Sequence record: MT446416.1
Reading direction: 5' to 3' (one strand)
DNA: 64,000 nucleotides
From: Escherichia virus TH47
Positions 57,305 through 64,000 of the stretch are shown in pieces; within the stretch, counting starts at the first letter, position 1, and every line of letters begins with the position of its first letter. The position numbers and the translations under genes are program-made. Below the pieces are notes generated by a model that worked only from the letters and a program-made list of their open reading frames with translations, was not told where the DNA came from and ran no database searches.

Positions 57305-57648
57305 TCCTCCGGTATCTTGTTTCGAAGTTCAATCATAACACAACAAAGTTTAATGAACAAGTAAAAAACTACACATATCATACCTATGGTTCCATAAACG
57401 ACTGAAAAAGCTGGTAGTGCTTTTCCGGCGAGAACAGCCACAACACATGCTATAAATGTTGATGCAAACAATGATTGATTAATGAAAGAATTCATAAAAT
57501 CTTCACCATTACGCTTATAGAATTGTCGTTTAAAATACCATCCTAGAAACATAACTACCCAAAATGTTACATAACCTGTTAGAATAATCCCTGCAATTGA
57601 ATGTGCAACAGAACTACTCTTTAAAAACTCAAGATAAGATTCAAACAT
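57301..57648 (-). CDS. FamE small membrane protein
   Basis: 115 aa; ATGA overlap. Confidence 0.6.
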   Translation of the reverse strand: MFESYLEFLKSSSVAHSIAGIILTGYVTFWVVMFLGWYFKRQFYKRNGEDFMNSFINQSLFASTFIACVVAVLAGKALPAFSVVYGTIGMICVVFYLFIKLCCVMIELRNKIPEE

Positions 57649-57986
57649 TAGAAGTCCCCACGAATTTTTGCTCTACCATTAATGATGAGATTAAACAAGT
57701 ATATCAGCACCCAAATTAGTAATCCAAGGAATACAATATATTGTGATATTGAGTTCAACTGTGGATTAGCACAATAAATTAAGTGTGCGATAAGACCAAC
57801 AATTGCAAACATACCTTGGATAATAGTGAAAAGAAGTAGTGAAATGTTTCCATCAGGATACAGTTTGAAAACGATTTTCTTTTTAAAATACCATAGTACT
57901 ACAACTAGTGCATGATAAAAGAAAAAACCAAACAGATAAATCAAAGTAATACTAAGCATTGTATCTGAATTAAAAAACTCAAGCAT
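57648..57986 (-). CDS. FamE small membrane protein
   Basis: 112 aa; first of seven. Confidence 0.6.
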   Translation of the reverse strand: MLEFFNSDTMLSITLIYLFGFFFYHALVVVLWYFKKKIVFKLYPDGNISLLLFTIIQGMFAIVGLIAHLIYCANPQLNSISQYIVFLGLLIWVLIYLFNLIINGRAKIRGDF

Positions 57987-58053
57987 ATCGTATCTCCGGT
58001 GGTGAATATTAAGTTATAGTACTACACTATGGTAGTACTGTCAATACATGTAA

Positions 58054-58824
58054 TTAAATTTTCTCAAGGAACAAGTTTTCGCACTGCTCTTCCCAATCAT
58101 ACGGGTTGTTGTTGTATACTGCTGAAATCAACAGAGGCATACGCAGTGAAGGAGCACGAAGTGCATCTTCATGTTTCAGCATCCAATTCAGGATTGCTTT
58201 GCTACCATTACTATTAACACCTTTAGTTGACAGGATGTTGGTCTTGTTCATTACGTTTTCAATGTGAATCATGATATCGCTTTTAGTCTGGATCTGTAAG
58301 TCAACATACACAGAGCGAGACATAAGAGCAGCATAGTGAGCAGACATTTTGGTTTTAGCTTTAGCATTCAGTGCTAAATCTTTGTTAGTAATGAATACGA
58401 TACGACCGTTAAAATCAAAGCTGTTAGGGATACCGTTGGTAGTTAAGTACTTAGAGCTAGTCATGTAAGACACAGTACGTTTACCGCTGTCCAGTACTGC
58501 TTTGAGCAGGTTCATACCGTCTTCTGAATCAAAGATGCTGTCCATATCATCCAGTACTAATACGTTAGTGCTGTGACGATTCTTGTACAGAACTTCATAC
58601 AGAGCAAGAGTAGTCATCTTACCACTGATAGTAACTACGTTCCATTCTGCTGCGTCATGAGCTTTCTGGAGGCGTTGTGACAGGGTGTAAGTCTTACCAA
58701 CACCAGGTGCACCGCTGACAACCATACTTTTTACAGTACTGCTATCATCGAGCAAACACTCAAGAGCAACCATCATGGAGTTGAAGTTTTTCTGGATTTG
58801 AATGCTACGTGCTTCTCTGGTCAT
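58054..58824 (-). CDS. P-loop NTPase (AAA-type ATPase-like)
   Basis: Walker A VVSGAPGVGKTYT, Walker B-like VLVLDDMD. Confidence 0.65.
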   Translation of the reverse strand: MTREARSIQIQKNFNSMMVALECLLDDSSTVKSMVVSGAPGVGKTYTLSQRLQKAHDAAEWNVVTISGKMTTLALYEVLYKNRHSTNVLVLDDMDSIFDSEDGMNLLKAVLDSGKRTVSYMTSSKYLTTNGIPNSFDFNGRIVFITNKDLALNAKAKTKMSAHYAALMSRSVYVDLQIQTKSDIMIHIENVMNKTNILSTKGVNSNGSKAILNWMLKHEDALRAPSLRMPLLISAVYNNNPYDWEEQCENLFLEKI

Positions 58825-58865
58825 TTCGTTATCCTCATCAGTTGATGAAATAATTATAGCAAAAA

Positions 58866-58885
58866 GGGCTGACCGAAGTCAACCC
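58866..58885 (-). terminator. terminator-promoter cassette: UUCG-tetraloop hairpin + T-run with -35 (TTGAC) inside the stem and TGcTATAAT -10
   Basis: minus strand reads GGGTTGACTTCGGTCAGCCCTTTTTGCTATAAT; repeated at 60313-60331, 61118-61137, 61701-61719, 63286-63305, 33019-33040. Confidence 0.6.
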
Positions 58886-58895
58886 TTTTGTATTG

Positions 58896-60044
58896 TTATT
58901 TCTTGTCTAAGATTTGTACTTCACCATAAATCTGTACGATTTGCTTTTCTGGATTACCTTCGATAAGTTTTAGAAAAGATTTCAGTACTGCAACGTGGTC
59001 TTCATAGTATGCAATCCTAATGAAGTTGTAACCGTTGTTGATGGCGTACTCAGTTTTTATTGCGTCTTTTATCTTTCTTTGTTCAAAAGCACTTTTGCCG
59101 CCCCATAATTTGATTGATTGAAAATGTTGTACTCCATCATATTCCAGAAGGATTCGTTTACTTTCAATAAATCGATCAAAAGGTAATGGCTTTTTGAACT
59201 TACAATCAATGAAGCGTTTCTCTTTTATGGTATCATCTTCTAACATACCATCAATATCAACTAAATTCTTACTCTCACCTGATGAACAGGTAGGACATGA
59301 AGACTCAGATGATATATAGTTATGATATGATGGATAAAATGGGTTATTACAATCATTACACTGTAAATGTAATTTTGTTTTTGATGTTTCATAAACACCT
59401 CCCACAAATCCAATAAAGGTATTATTACAAACTGCGTTTCTTTTATCTATTTCATATTTGACTACTAGAATATTCAAACGAATCTTTTTTGCCGAGCTGT
59501 AATCACGACATTCAACACAATTATGACCATTAAGAAAATCATAAATGTTCTCACATAAACGAGTATGGTTGTTTTTACATTTGTACCAAAATTTAGATTT
59601 GAATTTTGTAGTAAATTCACCTTCAAATTTGATAAATGTAATAGATTCACGTTTACACTCTTTTTGTATTTCTTTTAATGCATCAGATTCAGATATTTTG
59701 ATAGTGTTTTGGTACTCTTTTCTTTTCTTCTTACCACATATCTGACATCCACCAGAGATAAGATAACTTTTCAGTGAACTTGTACATAAAGTGCTGCATG
59801 TTCCACATCTAAACAGAACTTTATTCTTTTCTAGTCCAAAAAATTGATTACTGTTTGATATCTGTAAGCCAAAAATAGTATCTTCTTTTTCAATGGCTTT
59901 TAGTTTAATTTCATCAATTCTAACGATAGTTTTTTTATTTTTTACAGGAACATTTTCTATTTTCATGTACTCAAATTTAGTACATAATTCTTCAATAATA
60001 TAAACTTTCTCACCATCTTCATTTAAATAGTACTTTTCAAACAT
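58896..60044 (-). CDS. zinc-ribbon repeat protein with C-terminal endonuclease-like domain (homing-endonuclease-like)
   Basis: three Cx2C...Cx2C repeats; C-terminal EYDGVQHF...IRIAY resembles PD-(D/E)xK / Vsr-like endonuclease. Confidence 0.5.
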   Translation of the reverse strand: MFEKYYLNEDGEKVYIIEELCTKFEYMKIENVPVKNKKTIVRIDEIKLKAIEKEDTIFGLQISNSNQFFGLEKNKVLFRCGTCSTLCTSSLKSYLISGGCQICGKKKRKEYQNTIKISESDALKEIQKECKRESITFIKFEGEFTTKFKSKFWYKCKNNHTRLCENIYDFLNGHNCVECRDYSSAKKIRLNILVVKYEIDKRNAVCNNTFIGFVGGVYETSKTKLHLQCNDCNNPFYPSYHNYISSESSCPTCSSGESKNLVDIDGMLEDDTIKEKRFIDCKFKKPLPFDRFIESKRILLEYDGVQHFQSIKLWGGKSAFEQRKIKDAIKTEYAINNGYNFIRIAYYEDHVAVLKSFLKLIEGNPEKQIVQIYGEVQILDKK

Positions 60045-60060
60045 TACTCAATACTCCTTT

Positions 60061-60273
60061 TCAGTACTGAACCCGTCCAGCACCATTAATCTTAGCCTGA
60101 ATCTTATCTTTTTCGACAAGACCTTCTTTGTAATCGATGGACGTATTATCGCACTGAATTACATCTAAGTCAAGTACTTCTTGTGTACTTAATGAAGTAT
60201 TGTCTGCAATTTGTTGTAAAGTAATGATATCAGTACCGAAGAATTCTGCTAAACGTATAAAAGATAATTTCAT
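60061..60273 (-). CDS. hypothetical small protein
   Basis: 70 aa; AAGAGG RBS. Confidence 0.45.
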   Translation of the reverse strand: MKLSFIRLAEFFGTDIITLQQIADNTSLSTQEVLDLDVIQCDNTSIDYKEGLVEKDKIQAKINGAGRVQY

Positions 60274-60325
60274 GTGTTACCTCTTAAGTTGATGAAATAA
60301 TTATAGCAAAAAGGGCCGACCGAAG

Positions 60326-60595
60326 TCAACCATGTTTGAAAGGATTTTTTAATGGTTTTAGTACTGTATGTATTCTGCTGTGTAGTTCTTCTTCCCACAA
60401 AACATTTACATTATAAACTAAATCATTGTAATCACTGTACTCAAATATAAAATCATACTTTTCATCAAAAGTATGAGAAATCAATTTCATTTTCATCAGT
60501 ACAATAGAACTTTTAAATTTATATGTTTCTTTTTCTTCTCCGGTTTTTGAGATTGGTATATTTTTTACAAATTCTTTGAATTCATCATCAGTCAT
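60326..60595 (-). CDS. hypothetical protein
   Basis: 89 aa. Confidence 0.4.
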   Translation of the reverse strand: MTDDEFKEFVKNIPISKTGEEKETYKFKSSIVLMKMKLISHTFDEKYDFIFEYSDYNDLVYNVNVLWEEELHSRIHTVLKPLKNPFKHG

Positions 60596-60613
60596 AGTTT
60601 AACCATATATTAT

Positions 60614-60835
60614 TTAACCAGTATTAGTCCCAATATAGTCACTCCATAAATTATATATATTGTTTTCAACACAATCATCATCGCTTAATTCTATCATTGA
60701 TGATATAAGTACTGATACGGTTTGTGTGTTCAAATCGGTATCGCGATGTTTCAACCACCATTTCAGGGTGAGGGTGAGTGTTCGTGCTGTGTTTGGATTA
60801 TTTGTAAATTTATATCTGGTGGTATCGAGAATCAT
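60614..60835 (-). CDS. hypothetical small protein
   Basis: 73 aa. Confidence 0.4.
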   Translation of the reverse strand: MILDTTRYKFTNNPNTARTLTLTLKWWLKHRDTDLNTQTVSVLISSMIELSDDDCVENNIYNLWSDYIGTNTG

Positions 60836-60883
60836 TTTAAATCTTCTTTCATTTAATTATATAAACAAAGTACTCATGTAATT

Positions 60884-61081
60884 TTAATTACTTTTGTATA
60901 TTGAATCACATTGTCTACTCAATAGTTTATAGTATGCTTTACCACGAGGAAATAGTTTACGTGTATGTTCTCCTTTTCCCCACGGTCCTAAATATGTTTT
61001 ACGCGTGTCATGATTATTAAAGTTCTTTGATACAGTTGATTTTGTACCAATAGGATCTTTCTTACTAAAATAGATAGACAT
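60884..61081 (-). CDS. hypothetical small protein
   Basis: 65 aa. Confidence 0.4.
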   Translation of the reverse strand: MSIYFSKKDPIGTKSTVSKNFNNHDTRKTYLGPWGKGEHTRKLFPRGKAYYKLLSRQCDSIYKSN

Positions 61082-61143
61082 TATAAAGTTTTCTCTTTAC
61101 TAAGTTTATGTATTAACGGACTGACCGAAGTCAACCCTTTCCT

Positions 61144-61659
61144 TTAATAATTATTCATTTCATCTTTGATTTGTTCTTCAATTTCGTCGAACATATCAGT
61201 ACTAGATTCTATATTACTACTTACGTCCTGCATATCTTTAACGTACTGTGGGCGTTCAACGTCAGTAAATTTATACCACTTAGGCTTCATCTGGAGCTTC
61301 TCAATCAAACGCTCACGAGACATTTTAATCTCTGACTCCGATGGTACGTAGTCATTACAAAACTCAGCAGGGAAGCCGCTAATGTCGTTTACTTCAGTGT
61401 TTTGAATCTTCATACCACGACGCAAACATTCATTAACAATATCAATATGACGCTTCTGTAAGTACAATAACTTGTTGTAGAAGAATGTTACATGACCTGA
61501 ACCTAACAGGTAAGTACTGTTAATTTTGAAATCACGGACTCGCTTACGTGCTTGAACATGTTTTTGTACAGCACCAAACACACGTGGGAGTTCACGATAT
61601 TCAGCCATCAGATGTTGGTCAGCAAGTTCTTTAACGTGTACTAAGTTAATGCGTGTCAT
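61144..61659 (-). CDS. denV: pyrimidine-dimer DNA glycosylase / endonuclease V
   Basis: [30 protein letters not shown]...KRVRDFKI...GHVTFFY closely matches phage T4 endonuclease V as recalled; longer C-terminal acidic tail. Confidence 0.85.
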   Translation of the reverse strand: MTRINLVHVKELADQHLMAEYRELPRVFGAVQKHVQARKRVRDFKINSTYLLGSGHVTFFYNKLLYLQKRHIDIVNECLRRGMKIQNTEVNDISGFPAEFCNDYVPSESEIKMSRERLIEKLQMKPKWYKFTDVERPQYVKDMQDVSSNIESSTDMFDEIEEQIKDEMNNY

Positions 61660-61728
61660 GTATTCATCCTCTCGTTTCGATGAAATGATTATAGCAAAAA
61701 GGGCTGACCGAAGTCAACCTTTTTCTTA

Positions 61729-63243
61729 TTATTGTTTTACCCCGCCCCACTTTTCATAGATTGCAATAATCTTATACAAGTTTGTGATGTTAGTTGTTTC
61801 CGTGTAACCATCTTTCATTTCATTTTTGGTAAGTACACCTTTACCAAAAATCCTCTTACACTCCTGTTCTGCTGACCTACAACTTTTGGGAGTGCTGAAA
61901 TGATAATACAACATTGAAGAAACTTTATATATACATTTATTGTCTTGGTGCTTCTGGCGGCGACCATGAACCTTTTCAATTCCATATTTCAATGCAATAG
62001 GTAACTCACCATCATAGATCACATGAATGTATGCAAATTGTTGATTATGATTAGAACATTCGGGGCAACCGGAACCACCAAGGTGAGCATTTGGAGTTAT
62101 TTTGAACTCACCATGTTCGCTACATTCAACCTTAACTAATTTATGTGCATTCACATAATTCGTTTTAGGATATGTGTACTTCCCATTATGTACTTTAGAT
62201 GCCTTTTCAATAAATTCAGGTGTACTAGAACGTTCACATCCTGAACATTTAGAACAACCATTTTTTTCATGTAGATGGTGTGTTGGTTGCTGCGTGAACA
62301 CACCATGTTCTTTACAAACAATCGATACTTTAGTTTTTAAGTTTTTATATTTAACTAAAGAATAATCATATTTGTCTCCATGTATTTCATGTGCTTTTTT
62401 GATGAACGTTTCGGTAGTTAACGCCATCTTTCCACTACACTCTAAACAACCATTGCCAGCCACATGTTTACTGGCAAGTTGCTCAAAATCACCATGTTCT
62501 GGACATGTAATTATAACTTTTCCACGTCCATTTATATAGATAGTTTTATCATATGAATATTTGTCACCGTGAACTTCTTTACATTTTTTGATGAAATCCG
62601 GGGTGTCTTTATATCTATACGTACCACTACATTTAGCACATTTAAAACCACTTAGGTGGTTTGCTGGGGTTTGTTCAAAATCACCATGTTCTTTGCATGT
62701 TATTGTAACTTTGGTTTTTGAGTTGATGTACACAACTTTATCGTATGTGTACTCAAAATTATGTTTAACATTTGCCTTCATGATAAAGTGCTCATTCGTA
62801 GAAACTCTTCCCAAGTGTACAATTGAACCGTCTTTATTCATCTTAGTGCATAAATTACATCCACGTTTTTTTCTTAAATGATCACTAACTCTTTTCTCAA
62901 AATCACCATGTTCTGGACATGTTATAATTACTCTAGAAGAATTAGAAACATCATCTTGTACCTTATCATAAAGGTACACATCACCAAAAATAGCACGAGA
63001 CTGTTCGATGAATTTAGCTTTACCCTTTCGAAAGTGTAGTCCATTTTTTGTATATCTACATTTTTTGCAGCCAGATGACCGTAAATGAGTTCCAGCAATT
63101 TGTTCGAACTCACCATGTTCTGGACATGTAATAATCACTGAGGTTCTTGAATTAACATAAACCACTTTAGTATAATCGTACTTAAAATTATGCAATTTAT
63201 TCGCTTGTTTTACAAACTCTTCTTTATTCATTGCGACTGGCAT
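61729..63243 (-). CDS. multi-zinc-ribbon protein (6-7 tandem CxEHGxF...HL...GCxxC repeats), possible nuclease
   Basis: repeats ITCPEHGEFEQ...; C-terminal VIY-N9-YGI...RR loosely GIY-YIG-like (weak); start MPVAMNKEE with same upstream context as denV. Confidence 0.5.
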   Translation of the reverse strand: MPVAMNKEEFVKQANKLHNFKYDYTKVVYVNSRTSVIITCPEHGEFEQIAGTHLRSSGCKKCRYTKNGLHFRKGKAKFIEQSRAIFGDVYLYDKVQDDVSNSSRVIITCPEHGDFEKRVSDHLRKKRGCNLCTKMNKDGSIVHLGRVSTNEHFIMKANVKHNFEYTYDKVVYINSKTKVTITCKEHGDFEQTPANHLSGFKCAKCSGTYRYKDTPDFIKKCKEVHGDKYSYDKTIYINGRGKVIITCPEHGDFEQLASKHVAGNGCLECSGKMALTTETFIKKAHEIHGDKYDYSLVKYKNLKTKVSIVCKEHGVFTQQPTHHLHEKNGCSKCSGCERSSTPEFIEKASKVHNGKYTYPKTNYVNAHKLVKVECSEHGEFKITPNAHLGGSGCPECSNHNQQFAYIHVIYDGELPIALKYGIEKVHGRRQKHQDNKCIYKVSSMLYYHFSTPKSCRSAEQECKRIFGKGVLTKNEMKDGYTETTNITNLYKIIAIYEKWGGVKQ

Positions 63244-63298
63244 TGTATTCATCCTCTCGTCTTGATGAAATAATTATAGCAAAAAGGGCTGACCGAAG

Positions 63299-63712
63299 TC
63301 AACCCTTTTTTCTTTCAATCAAACATAGTCTACCAGAATGTACCATGCGATGGTGATTAGAACAAAGAATCATACACTTTCGAATTTCATCTTTGATAGA
63401 TTCTCGACTTTTACTGAACATAGAACTTGGTGTATGTTCTTTGGTATTAGGATCAAGATGGTGAAAGTCTAAACATTCTGGATACTTCATCATACAAATA
63501 CTACAACCATAAAATGATTTAACTCTGGTCATGAAATCTTTATTTTTTCTTTTGATTTCTTCAAGTTTTTTGACCTCAGTTTTTTTATTTCTGGTTTTCT
63601 TACTGGTAATATTTCTACAATCGTTGCATGTATTTCTATGTTTCCCAGTATCACTTCTTATACCAAATTCACTAATGTTTTTTTCAATATTACATGTAAT
63701 ACACTTCTTCAT
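63299..63712 (-). CDS. HNH endonuclease
   Basis: Cys pairs plus DFHHLDPNTKEH...CSNHHRMVH HNH motif. Confidence 0.65.
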   Translation of the reverse strand: MKKCITCNIEKNISEFGIRSDTGKHRNTCNDCRNITSKKTRNKKTEVKKLEEIKRKNKDFMTRVKSFYGCSICMMKYPECLDFHHLDPNTKEHTPSSMFSKSRESIKDEIRKCMILCSNHHRMVHSGRLCLIERKKG

Positions 63713-63724
63713 TGTTTAATCCAT

Positions 63725-63994
63725 TTATTCAACAATACCCAACTTCACAATCTCATACCCGTCCAGATAGCCGTAGTAACACTCAGGTGTTTCATAAGAT
63801 GAACCATCATGGATGCCCTGGCATTGACTTTTGGAATTCTCAAGCAATCGTTGCAGTACTGATACGTCATCATGAACGTAATACAAGTTAGCATATAGGT
63901 CAGTTACAATACAGTACTCCAACATGTCAAATGTATCAATCGAAATTTCAACCTTAGCAAATCGTTTCTTTTCTTTATTACACAATGCGTACAT
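63725..63994 (-). CDS. hypothetical protein
   Basis: 89-aa ORF near window end. Confidence 0.4.
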   Translation of the reverse strand: MYALCNKEKKRFAKVEISIDTFDMLEYCIVTDLYANLYYVHDDVSVLQRLLENSKSQCQGIHDGSSYETPECYYGYLDGYEIVKLGIVE

Positions 63995-64000
63995 ATTAAT

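Noticed and set aside
58029-63719. Plus-strand or overlapping ORFs within the denV region (58029-58217, 59545-59745, 60660-60881, 61166-61351, 62174-62365, 62588-62881, 62928-63116, 63531-63719)
   Set aside because: Overlap recognisable genes (ATPase, Zn-ribbon proteins, denV, HNH) in alternative frames without translation signals.
1-64000. tRNA genes, rRNA and CRISPR arrays
   Set aside because: No T-loop-like GTTCGAATC/GGTTCGA motifs in a cloverleaf context were found by eye, and the direct repeats present are short promoter/terminator cassettes rather than repeat-spacer arrays. A tRNA scan was not run, so small tRNAs cannot be fully excluded.

Overview
Low-GC (~35%), very densely packed DNA that looks like a hyperplastic accessory region of a large T4-type myovirus genome. 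Anchors: an unmistakable homolog of T4 endonuclease V (denV, 61144-61659), HNH and zinc-ribbon homing-endonuclease-like genes, near-consensus sigma70 promoters followed by short palindromic stem-loops in front of most small genes (resembling the PeSL 'promoter-early stem-loop' cassettes described for T4-type phages), and -10-only TATAAT/TATAAA promoter-like motifs in front of the plus-strand genes. Almost all genes are on the minus strand, except a plus-strand block at 46456-55510. The window is dominated by five lineage-specific paralog families, none of which I can assign a function from sequence: FamA (~35 proteins of 100-220 aa sharing a C-terminal module with the motif E-E-x-[YFL]-F-Q-x-S-[LT]-[VI]-[YW]-D), FamB (~31 tandem, translationally coupled genes of ~70-90 aa with a central L-G-T-N-Y-Q-E motif), FamC (~17 genes of ~60-80 aa starting M-x-K-E-Y-Y), FamD (seven ~370-390 aa RCC1-like beta-propeller repeat proteins with a near-identical N-terminal leader MLPF[VA]RM, each with its own promoter-like motif/RBS and most with their own hairpin terminator) and FamE (seven tandem small multi-TM membrane proteins directly downstream of a P-loop ATPase and a zinc-ribbon nuclease-like gene). 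Other calls: a protein-kinase-like gene, a TraR/DksA-type zinc-finger protein, a possible GNAT acetyltransferase, a signal-peptide protein. A 2-kb non-coding region (40250-42310) carries plus-strand consensus promoters, tandem 12-bp repeats and iteron-like repeats. Several family members are disrupted (two in-frame ochre codons, frameshifts in T6 and G7 homopolymers). No tRNA, rRNA or CRISPR array was recognised. All coordinates come from manual reading of the sequence and ORF track; starts are approximate where noted, and family assignments rest on motifs seen by eye, not on database searches.
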